Origin: an uncultured Thermoplasmata archaeon | GTDB taxonomy: Archaea > Thermoplasmatota > Thermoplasmata > GCA-020350865 | Direction: 5' to 3' | DNA: 40,464 nt | Assembly (NCBI GenBank): GCA_965372465.1 | Contig: CBDVCK010000002.1 | Span: forward strand, 1-40,464 | Shown here: one piece after another, positions 1 through 9,307 of the stretch | How positions within the stretch are numbered: position 1 is the stretch's first letter | Layout of the letters: every line of letters begins with the position of its first letter | The notes under the pieces: model-generated | Database searches by the model: none | Told to the model about the DNA's origin: nothing | Seen by the model: the letters and a program-made list of their open reading frames with translations, nothing else | Position numbers and translations under genes: made by a program

Positions 1-2
1 TC

Positions 3-425
3 CACGGCTCTGGTAAGGAATATGCCAAGAAACTTCTGGACAATGGAAAGGCTCTTGAAAAAATGAAGGAAATCATCCAGGGCCAAGGAGGAAATCCTGA
101 TACCAAATCCGAAGACATTATAATCGGAGAATATAAATTTGATTTTATCACCAATACTGGCGGGTACATAGCTGAAATCAGGAACAAGAATGTCGTGAAA
201 ATTGCAAGATCTGCAGGTGCACCCAAGGATAAGGGTGCAGGTATGGTTCTCAAGAAAAAAGGAGGCGACAAGGTGGAAAAGGGGGAGGTGATATTCACGA
301 TCTATGCAGATAACGAGAGAAAACTCGAGAATGCAAAATCACTTGCACAGCGTCTGTCCCCCATAAATATTGAGGGGATGATACTTCAAAAGATTCCATC
401 TTTTCACCGCCCCGGCGGGCTATAA
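3..425 (+). CDS. AMP phosphorylase (thymidine phosphorylase family), C-terminal part; 5' end outside the window
   Basis: The frame is open from base 3 (HGSGKEYAKKLLDNGKALEKMKEIIQGQGG). It contains IARSAGAPKDKGAG and GDKVEKGEVIFTIYA, typical of the archaeal AMP phosphorylase C-terminal domain. Confidence 0.85.
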   Translation, partial: HGSGKEYAKKLLDNGKALEKMKEIIQGQGGNPDTKSEDIIIGEYKFDFITNTGGYIAEIRNKNVVKIARSAGAPKDKGAGMVLKKKGGDKVEKGEVIFTIYADNERKLENAKSLAQRLSPINIEGMILQKIPSFHRPGGL

Positions 426-432
426 TTTTCTG

Positions 433-1263
433 TTATTCCCTCCAGTCCGCACCCAATGTCCTGATACCCAGCTTGGGGATCAATGGCATTTTTCTTTTAT
501 GAATGTTCTTTTCCACCAACTCAAGAATTCTTGCAATCTCGGTGGGATCAAGTTGCGTCCTCTTTGCAATTTCCATGGTATCCAACTTCAGTTCTATTCC
601 CAATAGAATCGCGTCCAAATCCTTGTATTGGATGTTCAACTCCCCTTCATCTGTCTGGCCTTCTGTAAGTCCTGCCGAGGGAGGTTTGTTAATAATATTT
701 TCAGGAATGTGAATGTACTTGGCCAGCTCCTTTATTTGGGTTTTATACAAATCACCAATTGGAGAGAAATCCGCGCCCCCATCCCCGAATTTGGTGAAAT
801 AGCCCACCAAAAGCTCACTTTTATTGCTCGTACCCATTACAATCCTGTTTTCGAGATTTGCATGGACATAAAGCAGAATCATCCTGCATCTGGACTTGAT
901 ATTCCCCAGAGCGTTTAAATCCAGGTTCATGGGGGATAGCAGTTGTGTGAATGCCCTCACAGACTCAGATATATCAATTACCCGATACTCGACACCCCAT
1001 GTGGTGGCCAGATCCAGGGCGTCCTTGATATCGTCCTCGGGGGTTGAGGTCTCCGGCATTATGAGGGCCATGACCTTGTCAGTACCCAGGGAATCTGCAC
1101 ATAACTTTGTAACAACCGCAGAATCAAGGCCTCCGGAAAGTCCGATTAGAACGCCGTCTGCCCTGGCCTCATCCACTTTCTGTTTGATAAAGGAGTGAAT
1201 TACATCCACGCTTTCTGGTTTGAATTCGGGCTTAAGACGGGTTTTTTCCGAATGATTCGGCAT
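433..1263 (-). CDS. nadE: NH3-dependent NAD+ synthetase
   Basis: GLSGGLDS PP-loop, GNIKSRCRM, GTSNKSELLVGYFTKFGDG and PPSAGL..GQTDE motifs; no glutaminase domain. Confidence 0.95.
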   Translation of the reverse strand: MPNHSEKTRLKPEFKPESVDVIHSFIKQKVDEARADGVLIGLSGGLDSAVVTKLCADSLGTDKVMALIMPETSTPEDDIKDALDLATTWGVEYRVIDISESVRAFTQLLSPMNLDLNALGNIKSRCRMILLYVHANLENRIVMGTSNKSELLVGYFTKFGDGGADFSPIGDLYKTQIKELAKYIHIPENIINKPPSAGLTEGQTDEGELNIQYKDLDAILLGIELKLDTMEIAKRTQLDPTEIARILELVEKNIHKRKMPLIPKLGIRTLGADWRE

Positions 1264-1405
1264 GCAATTCCCAAATGGTTTGGATGTGATATTAGGGTTG
1301 TGGTTAATGGATTTATAAAAACCATATTATTTAAAGGAAAAAACAAAAACTACAAAAACCTTAATGAACCTAGATTGTGATTCTCACTTCCCCGGAGGGA
1401 TTACA

Positions 1406-2527
1406 ATGTCCGATAATTTCAACGAGAACATACAAATCGATGAAAATTTGCACAAAGCGGCAAAGGTGGCAATAAACGAGGTTCTGGGCACACAGAAGGA
1501 CGAAAAGGTGCTCATAATTACGAATCCTGACGAGGACGTGCAGAGGATATCAATGGCACTTTACGATGCTGTTTTCGAGGTAGGGGCATTGCCGGTTCTC
1601 ATTTTCCAGCCTGTAAAAACCCAACTGGATTTTGCAGAGGAAAGCGTGATTTCAGCCATTAAATCCAACCCGGACATTATACTGTCAATCAGCAAACAGA
1701 AACTCGGGAAGGATAAAAATGCTTTAAAAAATCCCTTAAAGGTTGGAGAAAAGGAATACGACAACACCTTCACATATCTTTTGGGGGAAAAGAAGATGCG
1801 ATCCTTTTGGTCACCTTCTGTTACTGCCAGGATGTTCGCAGAGACAGTTCCCATTGATTATGCTGAGCTTGGGAAAACCTGTTCGAAAATAGAAGATGAA
1901 CTGAATCGGGCCGTTCAGGTGCATATCGTTGCCCCGTCAGGAACCGACATTACAATAGGATTGAGAGGTAGGGACGCTAAACTGGATGACGGTAACTTCA
2001 AAGAAGCAGGCAAGGGTGGTAACCTACCGTGCGGCGAGGTGTTTATTTCTCCTGAGCTCGGGACCTCAAAAGGTATAATCGCATTCGATGGAAGCATATC
2101 GTTGGAAGGGGGCGAGGTTATTATTGATACCCCGATTATCGCAAAGGTCGAAGGGGGTTTCGTTATCGAGATTACAGGTGAAAAAGAAGCAGACGAATTG
2201 AAGGCAACCATTGATAAGGCCGAAAATAAGGTAAGAGAATTTGTAAGCCAGGGTAAGATCCCCTCCGAGGTGGAAGACAATTATATTCAAAATGCCCGTA
2301 ACCTGGGAGAACTGGGAATCGGCCTGAACAAGAACGCAAAAATCGTTGGTAACATGCTTGAGGACGAGAAGGTATACGGCACATGTCATATAGCTATAGG
2401 TTCCAATTACGACGAGGATGCAAAATCCCTGATACACCTGGATGGTTTAATCAAAAATCCTACCATTACAGTAAAATATGAAGACGGAAGGGAAAAAGAG
2501 ATTATTAAAGATGGAAATGTTTTGTGA
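1406..2527 (+). CDS. M29-family (aminopeptidase T-like) metallo-aminopeptidase
   Basis: NLPCGEVF, ELGIGLN, DEKVYGTCHIAIG and HLDG metal-ligand motifs. Start moved to ATG 1406, which follows a GGAGG. Confidence 0.8.
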   Translation: MSDNFNENIQIDENLHKAAKVAINEVLGTQKDEKVLIITNPDEDVQRISMALYDAVFEVGALPVLIFQPVKTQLDFAEESVISAIKSNPDIILSISKQKLGKDKNALKNPLKVGEKEYDNTFTYLLGEKKMRSFWSPSVTARMFAETVPIDYAELGKTCSKIEDELNRAVQVHIVAPSGTDITIGLRGRDAKLDDGNFKEAGKGGNLPCGEVFISPELGTSKGIIAFDGSISLEGGEVIIDTPIIAKVEGGFVIEITGEKEADELKATIDKAENKVREFVSQGKIPSEVEDNYIQNARNLGELGIGLNKNAKIVGNMLEDEKVYGTCHIAIGSNYDEDAKSLIHLDGLIKNPTITVKYEDGREKEIIKDGNVL

Positions 2528-2695
2528 TTACAAAGTTACATCAAACTCTTCCTGAAGGTCAAGCACAACCTGTTCCAAAACGCCTTCGAAGGTGGGACTC
2601 TTGACCTCTCTTACGCCGCCTAGATCGGTTTGAATTCTCGCAAGGTACGAATCAGGCCTCTTGAGGATCTCAATACTGCAAAGCGATTCTTCCAT
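2528..2695 (-). CDS. Small acidic hypothetical protein, 55 aa (below the ORF-track cutoff)
   Basis: Hand translation: MEESLCSIEILKRPDSYLARIQTDLGGVREVKSPTFEGVLEQVVLDLQEEFDVTL-stop. A GGGGG RBS-like run lies upstream and a TTTTAAATA TATA-like box near 2775-2783. Its stop abuts the stop of the M29 gene. Confidence 0.7.
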   Translation of the reverse strand: MEESLCSIEILKRPDSYLARIQTDLGGVREVKSPTFEGVLEQVVLDLQEEFDVTL

Positions 2696-2834
2696 TTAAT
2701 CCCCCAATTTTCTTAATCGGTTGATAATAATTCACTGAAATACTGGTATCAATTCACCCGAATAAACGATTTGATATTTAAAACTTATCTGTACAAAATC
2801 GTGTCATGAGGCTTGCTATAAATAATTTTGGTAT

Positions 2835-3578
2835 TCAAAGGCGGCTTTTGACACCCTTTATGATGTCTCTTAACACATTCTCCACATCGTCACTGACCTC
2901 CACTATGGTGCCAGTAACAACGATGTCGGCCCCGGCTTTGGAGATCTCATTGGCGGTTTCGAAATCTCTTATACCTCCACCCACCAGCAAAGGAATGGAT
3001 AGTTTCTCCTTCACACCTTTTATCATTTCAACTGGTACGGGATTTGGAGCGCCGGATCCTGCCTCCAGATAGAATAGTTCCATACCCAAAAATTCGGCTG
3101 CCAGGCCGTAACCTATAGCTGTCTTTACATCACCTCTTCTTACAGGTTCAGCACCACCCATCTCCCCAACCTTCATCCCCGGCTCCACAATAACATAACC
3201 CATGGGTATGGTCTCAATCTCCATGTCCTTGATCGTCTGCGAGGCTTTCATTTGCTCTCCGATGATGTATTTTCTCTCCTTGGAGTTCAGAAGGGACATA
3301 AAGTATATTGCATCAAAATTCGGGCTCAAAGCATTTGCATGGGAGGGAAACTGGATAATGGGTATGGGAACTCGTTCTTTCATTGCCTGCACGCTTTTAT
3401 CCAGGTTATCAAAATCAATACCTGTGGAGCCTCCAACCATCATGGCATCTGTTCCTGCCCTATACGCCAAATATGCGGTGTCAGAGCACTCCTTTGGGCT
3501 CAGCTTGTCTGGATCGATCAAAGTCATGTGTAATTTTCCAAGCTTCAATTTGCTTCGAATGTATTCTATTACCTTCAT
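2835..3578 (-). CDS. Geranylgeranylglyceryl phosphate synthase (GGGPS, PcrB family)
   Basis: HMTLIDPDK, MVGGST, YLEAGSGA, VGGGIR and GADIVVTGT motifs. ATG 3578 follows a GGTGA RBS. Confidence 0.93.
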   Translation of the reverse strand: MKVIEYIRSKLKLGKLHMTLIDPDKLSPKECSDTAYLAYRAGTDAMMVGGSTGIDFDNLDKSVQAMKERVPIPIIQFPSHANALSPNFDAIYFMSLLNSKERKYIIGEQMKASQTIKDMEIETIPMGYVIVEPGMKVGEMGGAEPVRRGDVKTAIGYGLAAEFLGMELFYLEAGSGAPNPVPVEMIKGVKEKLSIPLLVGGGIRDFETANEISKAGADIVVTGTIVEVSDDVENVLRDIIKGVKSRL

Positions 3579-3602
3579 ACCTATCACCGGAATTGTTCAT
3601 CT

Positions 3603-4439
3603 TCATATCGGTAAAATGCCTCCTGCAAGGAAAGCCAGTAGTGCGATTAACATTGCACCTTTAATCGGGGTAGATGCTTTGTTTTTTCCACTCAATAAAA
3701 GCAGAATGCAGTATATAAATATTGCATCTGCAACTGCAATTAACGGAAGATAGTACATGGACCCTTCCTTGGTAAAAATTCCTGATAAAAACGGAATCGG
3801 GCTGATCAGAATCCCGCAAACTATGGATGAAGAGGCAGCATATGCTGCCTTCTTGGTTCCGATCTTCATGGGGAGGGTGTGCCTGCCTATGTCACCTTTG
3901 ATGTCCTCGATATCTTTGGCTATCTCTCTTCCGACAGTAGCCAGGAATGCCAATACTGCCAGAACATAGGTTTTTTGTACAGCCCCCACTGCTGCACCGC
4001 CGAACAGGAAAGCCGTACCAGTTAGCCAGGCGATGGTCATGTTTCCTGCAGTGCCTTTGGCCTTGAAAAATATCTCGTAAGAGACCATCACAATCAGATT
4101 GGCAACAACAATTAAAAATGCGATATTATTGATGAAAAAAGCAAGGATAAGCGATACCAGAAACAAGACAAATGCAGTATGTAAAGCCCGGTCAGCTTTG
4201 ATTATGCCCGAGGGTATTGGGCGGGTGGGATGATTGATACCATCTATATCCCTGTCATAATAATCGTTCAATGCATTTCCTGCACCTGTGAAGAAAAATG
4301 CCACGATGCATGCCAATCCTAGAGTTGAATAATGTCCTTCAATCCCCTCCAAACCGGTAGCAATTAATGCACCGATTGCCACTGCGGCTGCAACCATCAC
4401 ACAGTTCATGGGGCGCAACAGCTGGATTTGTGCCTTCAT
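3603..4439 (-). CDS. Digeranylgeranylglyceryl phosphate synthase (DGGGPS, UbiA family)
   Basis: LLRPMNC, NDYYDRDIDGINHPTRPIPSG and REIAKDIEDIKGD aspartate-rich motifs; multiple TM segments; directly upstream of GGGPS. Confidence 0.9.
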   Translation of the reverse strand: MKAQIQLLRPMNCVMVAAAVAIGALIATGLEGIEGHYSTLGLACIVAFFFTGAGNALNDYYDRDIDGINHPTRPIPSGIIKADRALHTAFVLFLVSLILAFFINNIAFLIVVANLIVMVSYEIFFKAKGTAGNMTIAWLTGTAFLFGGAAVGAVQKTYVLAVLAFLATVGREIAKDIEDIKGDIGRHTLPMKIGTKKAAYAASSSIVCGILISPIPFLSGIFTKEGSMYYLPLIAVADAIFIYCILLLLSGKNKASTPIKGAMLIALLAFLAGGILPI

Positions 4440-4504
4440 CCCTTGTGAATTGGGTTGGGCTTATAATATTTTTCCTTTTTTTGGTTTTTTGAATCTCTTT
4501 ATCT

Positions 4505-4520
4505 TGGTAATTTATTACCA
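4505..4520. promoter_or_regulatory. Palindrome TGGTAAT-TT-ATTACCA, candidate operator
   Basis: Perfect 7-bp inverted repeat with a 2-nt spacer in the divergent DGGGPS/epimerase intergenic region. Confidence 0.35.
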
Positions 4521-4544
4521 TTTCTTGATTATTTTGCGATTATT

Positions 4545-4575
4545 GGGCGGGTGGAGGGGGTTTGGGATGGTGGGG
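4545..4575 (+). other. G-tract cluster matching a G-quadruplex pattern
   Basis: GGGcGGGtggaGGGGGtttGGGatggtGGGG: five runs of 3 or more G with loops of 1-5 nt. Confidence 0.4.
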
Positions 4576-4709
4576 AGAAGGTTTTTAGGAGTGGAGGGGA
4601 GAATACCTCAAAAATGCGGTTATCTATCCCTTTCGGATGCCTGAAAAAGTTAATATAAAAGCGCTTCATTGTAGAAGTACTGTATGGGAAGAAAAGGCGG
4701 AATGTCACT

Positions 4710-5672
4710 ATGGCAAAGATACTGATTACAGGCGGTGCCGGGTTCATTGGCTCCCATATTGCAGAAAAACTTGCAGAATTGGAGCATGATTTAGTTATTC
4801 TTGATAACCTGGACCCGTATTATGATGTAGGAATCAAAAAGAAGAACCTCGAGCTGGTTTTGAAAAATAAAAATTGCAACTTCATAAAAGGCACAATCAC
4901 TGACGCTGAAGCTCTGGACGATATAGTGAAAGATGGGGTTCAATACATTTATCACGAGGCTGCCCAGCCAGGTGTGAGGGCTTCTGTGGAAAATCCTCTT
5001 AAACCCAATGAGGTGAACGTAAAAGGCACCCTGAATGTACTGGAAGCTGCAAAAAAGTGGGATGTGGAAAGGGTAATCAACGCCTCCTCATCCTCTGTAT
5101 ATGGAAAGGTTGTGTACCTCCCTTTTGATGAGGGACATCCGACCCAGCCTCTTTCACCGTATGGGGTCAGCAAATTGGTTGCCGAGCATTACTGTAGATT
5201 GTATAACGAGCTTTACTCCCTTCCAACGGTTTCATTGCGCTATTTTACAGTTTATGGGCCAAGGATGAGACCTGATCTTGCGATTCCCATTTTTACAAGA
5301 GCGCTTATTAAAAACAAATCCCCTCCGATTTTCGGCGATGGCGAGCAGACAAGGGACCTGACATATATCGAAGATATAGTATCTGCCAATGTGAACCTTT
5401 TAAAAACAGGGAATGCAGATGGTGAAATTTTGAATATAGGCGGGGGAAAGAGAGTGACCGTAAACCAACTGTATCATCATTTGAAGCAATTGACAGGATG
5501 TGATGTGGAGCCAATTTATCAAGGTGAAATAAAAGGGGATGCAAGGCACACATTATCCAATATTGATAAAGCCAGGCAGAAAATCGGGTATGAGCCCAGC
5601 ACGTTAATTGAGGCGGTATTGGAAAAATTTGTTACATGGTTCCAAAAAAACAATGATTTTTACACGGTATAG
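4710..5672 (+). CDS. NAD-dependent nucleotide-sugar epimerase/dehydratase (extended SDR)
   Basis: TGGAGFIG, SSSSVYG, catalytic YGVSK, YFTVYGPR and GDGEQTRD motifs. Confidence 0.92.
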   Translation: MAKILITGGAGFIGSHIAEKLAELEHDLVILDNLDPYYDVGIKKKNLELVLKNKNCNFIKGTITDAEALDDIVKDGVQYIYHEAAQPGVRASVENPLKPNEVNVKGTLNVLEAAKKWDVERVINASSSSVYGKVVYLPFDEGHPTQPLSPYGVSKLVAEHYCRLYNELYSLPTVSLRYFTVYGPRMRPDLAIPIFTRALIKNKSPPIFGDGEQTRDLTYIEDIVSANVNLLKTGNADGEILNIGGGKRVTVNQLYHHLKQLTGCDVEPIYQGEIKGDARHTLSNIDKARQKIGYEPSTLIEAVLEKFVTWFQKNNDFYTV

Positions 5673-5689
5673 CGGAGGAACGAGAGAAA

Positions 5690-6667
5690 ATGGCAAAAAG
5701 GAAGGTACTGTTCATTTATCCTTTTCCTTCATCCTTTATAAATAAGGATCTGAACATTTTAAAGGAAGAATTCGAGGTTGTATCTCTTGAGTATCGGGGC
5801 AAAAAGGATATGTTCAGATTGCTAAAAAATGTAATTGCCACTGATTTGAATGTATCATGGTTCTCACTGGGCCATGCGACATTTGCGGTTTGGTTTTCGA
5901 GATTCTTCAGAAAAAGGAGCATAATCATTGCAGGGGGCTGGGATGTTGTTTCCATGCCTGAAAAAGGCTACGGTGCCATGAGAAACGAGAAAAGGGTGAA
6001 AAAGACCCGGTATGCTCTTGAACGTGCGAACAAGATCCTGGCTGTTTCGGAATCCACCAAGAACTGGGTGTTAAAATGGGTAAAAAGAGATGATATTGCG
6101 GTCCTGTATCACGGATTTGATGCCAACACCTTCGTTCCCAAGGGTAAAAAGGAGGAACTGGTGGTTACTGTAGGAAAACTCCAAAACGATGTAACGATCC
6201 GAATAAAGGGGCTGGATACTTTCCTGAAAACCGCAGAACTTCTACCAGATGTCGAATTTGCAATAATTGGAAAACACGACCCCCAGATTGCCCAAATCTG
6301 GAAGGAAAAAGCGTCCGCAAATCTAAAGATAGTTGACTTTCTAGCAGCCGAAGAATTGTTGGGATACTACCAAAAGGCAAAGGTATATGCCCAGCTTTCT
6401 TACCAGGAATCCTTCGGCTGCGCTCTGGCGGAGGCCATGCTGTGCCAATGTATCCCTGTTGTGACTCGAAATGGGGCTATACCTGAGGTTGTGGGTGACG
6501 TCGGACTTTATGCGAAGTACGGAGATGCAGAAGACTCGGCCCGGAGGATTGAAGAAGCCCTGGATTCCGAAAAAGGACATGATGCCCGAGAAAGGATCAT
6601 GACTCAGTTTCCCCTTGATGAAAGAAAGAAGAAATTGACACAAATCGTATCCGATTGCATGAAATAG
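5690..6667 (+). CDS. GT4-family glycosyltransferase
   Basis: ESFGCALAEAM (E-x7-E) motif, KG motif, GAIPEVV. Confidence 0.88.
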   Translation: MAKRKVLFIYPFPSSFINKDLNILKEEFEVVSLEYRGKKDMFRLLKNVIATDLNVSWFSLGHATFAVWFSRFFRKRSIIIAGGWDVVSMPEKGYGAMRNEKRVKKTRYALERANKILAVSESTKNWVLKWVKRDDIAVLYHGFDANTFVPKGKKEELVVTVGKLQNDVTIRIKGLDTFLKTAELLPDVEFAIIGKHDPQIAQIWKEKASANLKIVDFLAAEELLGYYQKAKVYAQLSYQESFGCALAEAMLCQCIPVVTRNGAIPEVVGDVGLYAKYGDAEDSARRIEEALDSEKGHDARERIMTQFPLDERKKKLTQIVSDCMK

Positions 6668-6677
6668 GAGTGGCAGG

Positions 6678-7457
6678 ATGAAAAAACCAAAGTTCAGTAT
6701 CTGCACCACGAACTACAACTGTGACCATGCACTTGCAAAGCATCTTGACTCCATTTATTCGCAGCTTGATGAGAATGAATTCGAATATATAGTTGTAGAC
6801 AGTAAATCAAAAGATAAAAGTATGCAAGTGCTTAACGGGTATGCCTCTTCCCATGACAATATGGCTGTCCTTCAAAAAAAATGTGTTCGGGGTGTTGGGA
6901 GGCAAATCGCCCTTAAAAAAAGTAAGGGGGATTATATTCTCCAGGTGGACACAGATACAGTTTACTTCCCTATCTGGAAAGATTTTATCTTCAAATGCAC
7001 AAAGGACTATCCAGAATTGGCTGTCCAGGCAATATTTGGGGGTATTTATCCAAGGAATATAATGAATGAGGTTGGTGGATGGCGTAACTTTCAATGGGGG
7101 GACGATCTGGATCTCTGGATGAGGGTATATAAGATCGGTAAAATGCGGTGGTACCCTGTGGCAGTTGGGGAGAACATCAAGGAAAAGGGGGCAGGCTCAT
7201 ATATGGATGCGTTCTCAATGAGGTATGGCAGGAAAATGGAGAAAAGCTTGAGATTGTTGAGAACAGAATTTGATTGGTTGAGATTATATTATGTTCAAAG
7301 GATGGATTTTCTGAAAATTGTCGAGGAGAACAGCCTTGATTTCGGTCTGGGTGAAAAAGAAAAATGGTTCAATGAGGGTTTACAAATAAACATGAGAGAA
7401 TGGATTGTGGGTGTGTTGAGAAAGGAGAGAATGATATTAACCGGGAAAACGAAATGA
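6678..7457 (+). CDS. GT2-family glycosyltransferase
   Basis: SICTTNYN, VVDSKSKD, DTD (DxD) and GGW...DDLDLW motifs. Confidence 0.85.
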   Translation: MKKPKFSICTTNYNCDHALAKHLDSIYSQLDENEFEYIVVDSKSKDKSMQVLNGYASSHDNMAVLQKKCVRGVGRQIALKKSKGDYILQVDTDTVYFPIWKDFIFKCTKDYPELAVQAIFGGIYPRNIMNEVGGWRNFQWGDDLDLWMRVYKIGKMRWYPVAVGENIKEKGAGSYMDAFSMRYGRKMEKSLRLLRTEFDWLRLYYVQRMDFLKIVEENSLDFGLGEKEKWFNEGLQINMREWIVGVLRKERMILTGKTK

Positions 7458-7468
7458 TGTTATGTATT

Positions 7469-8275
7469 CTACTCACCATTTTTTGATAGAACATAAAATT
7501 TGTTGATGGAAAGCTCATTAAATCCATCAATATTCAGGGAGATTTTTCTTGCCACCTCATTGATCTTGGCTTCGAATTTCGGCTCATCGGGCAGGACTGA
7601 AAGAGGATGGACCACCCTAGAGATGAAATAGTAGGTGCCCATGCTAATGATTTTTTCAATTCTAAATTGATCTTTTAAGAATTTCATAATTGTTTCATCA
7701 TCAAAAAGTAAGTTATGCCAGTGTTTCTCGATTCTATGCAGACCGTAAGATTCCCTCATATGGTTGAGTCCGTCAAGACCGCCTGAAGTCCCTTCTATCA
7801 TAAGGAACCTGCCTCTATTTCTAAGGACCTTTTTAATTTCCAGCATGGCCTGCATCTGCTCTTCCCAGCTTCCCAGGTTAATCAAACATCTTTCACTGAT
7901 TACCACATCGAAAGAGTTTTCTGGGTAAGCAAGGTTCAGCACATCCATCTGTTTGAACGAGATGTTCTTAAAATTTGCTTGTTTCTGAATGAGCTTTTGG
8001 TCCGCCTGGTCTATCATTTCCGAAGAGAAGTCGATTCCCACCACATTCTTTGCTTTCTCAGAGTATATCTCTGTGGCAAATCCGTTTCCACATCCCACAT
8101 CCAATACCCCGTCACTATCGTTCAGTTGACCCAAAATGAGATCGATTTCCAACAAACGCAATTGGATATCCCTCATGGTTGCTTGGGGTAGCTCTTTCAA
8201 TTCCTTGGCTTTTTGATCCCAGTAATCGAGAATTTCTTTCTTACCAAGGGGGGATTTTTCATTGTCTCCTTTCAT
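7469..8275 (-). CDS. Class I SAM-dependent methyltransferase
   Basis: VLDVGCGNG motif I, GIDFS, FDVVISERCL. Confidence 0.88.
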   Translation of the reverse strand: MKGDNEKSPLGKKEILDYWDQKAKELKELPQATMRDIQLRLLEIDLILGQLNDSDGVLDVGCGNGFATEIYSEKAKNVVGIDFSSEMIDQADQKLIQKQANFKNISFKQMDVLNLAYPENSFDVVISERCLINLGSWEEQMQAMLEIKKVLRNRGRFLMIEGTSGGLDGLNHMRESYGLHRIEKHWHNLLFDDETIMKFLKDQFRIEKIISMGTYYFISRVVHPLSVLPDEPKFEAKINEVARKISLNIDGFNELSINKFYVLSKNGE

Positions 8276-8320
8276 TTCATTTCCTCTCTTATATCTCTGC
8301 TTAATTCAATTGCATCTCTT

Positions 8321-9307
8321 TCATTTTTTAAATTTTTCTAGCTCCTTGCTTATTCTTGATATTTCACCTGTGACGTCCATTCCCAATCTTGTTCTAATCG
8401 TTTTGATTACTTCAGTTGGTTTTTTACGTTCCGTGCTCTTTATACTCACCTCTTCCAATACGATCAAACCTTCGCCCGTTACAATAGCCACCTCACCTGT
8501 GTTTTTTCTCCTCTCAGCTACCTGACCAGGAATGCCTACAAAAGGATACTCAGGAATCTCAGAATGGCCTTTCCAAATCACAAGTTTTTCTGTTCCAATA
8601 TATGTATACGCTCCGGCAAATGGCTCGGAAACCGCTCTTATTAATCTGTCAATTTCTATTGAAGGTTGGGACCAATCGATCTCACCATCCTTGGGGGTAC
8701 GGGGGTAGCATCTTAACGATATTGACTGATCTTTAGGCTGATGGTGTAATGTTATGGCATCATTTGCAAAACCATCTATTGCTTCCAAAAACATGTCGGG
8801 GGAGTTATGATTGATAAATTCGTAGAGCTCCGAGATATAGGTTCTATCCGACAGAGGCATTTCTCGTTGGAGTACTATAGGTCCCGCATCCAACTCTGGT
8901 GTCATTAAATGCAGTGTCAATACGATCTTTTTTTCACCGCAAATAATCGCCCAATTCGAAGTGGCATTTCCCTTGTATCGGGGTAAATCCCCTACATGGG
9001 CGTTTATAATACCATATGGAAAACAATCATTGACATCCTGCTGGATAATGGTTCTCCAGTTAACACTTATCGCAATGTCTGGATTACTACTTTTTATCTG
9101 TTGGATAACTTCAGCCGAGTTGATCCGTTCTGTTTGTAAGAAATTTAATTTTAGCTTTTCAGCCAGTAACTTAAAATCATTTGCAACCGTATTATAACCG
9201 GGGGACTCTTTGCATGTGATTATAATTGCTATATCATGGTCACTTTCTTTCAGCTTTAAGATGCTGTTATATAGGATCTCAGTCCTTCCTATTGCTGCTA
9301 TTCTCAT
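8321..9307 (-). CDS. Fmt-like formyltransferase, probably a sugar N-formyltransferase
   Basis: INAHVGDLPRYKG (N-x-H...LP-x-Y-x-G), LDAGPI, and a C-terminal IDW...IRA...PFAGAYT domain; located in the glycan cluster. Confidence 0.85.
   Translation of the reverse strand: MRIAAIGRTEILYNSILKLKESDHDIAIIITCKESPGYNTVANDFKLLAEKLKLNFLQTERINSAEVIQQIKSSNPDIAISVNWRTIIQQDVNDCFPYGIINAHVGDLPRYKGNATSNWAIICGEKKIVLTLHLMTPELDAGPIVLQREMPLSDRTYISELYEFINHNSPDMFLEAIDGFANDAITLHHQPKDQSISLRCYPRTPKDGEIDWSQPSIEIDRLIRAVSEPFAGAYTYIGTEKLVIWKGHSEIPEYPFVGIPGQVAERRKNTGEVAIVTGEGLIVLEEVSIKSTERKKPTEVIKTIRTRLGMDVTGEISRISKELEKFKK

Noticed and set aside
4540-4600. G-strings as ORB elements of a replication origin
   Set aside because: No TTCCAGTGGAAAC-like ORB core and no orc1/cdc6 gene in the window.
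8276-8323. Possible readthrough or frameshift fusion of formyltransferase and methyltransferase
   Set aside because: A second in-frame TGA follows four codons later, both proteins look complete, and the methyltransferase has its own GAGG RBS.
8321-9307. Annotation as methionyl-tRNA formyltransferase (fmt)
   Set aside because: Archaea use unformylated initiator Met, and the gene sits among sugar-modifying genes.
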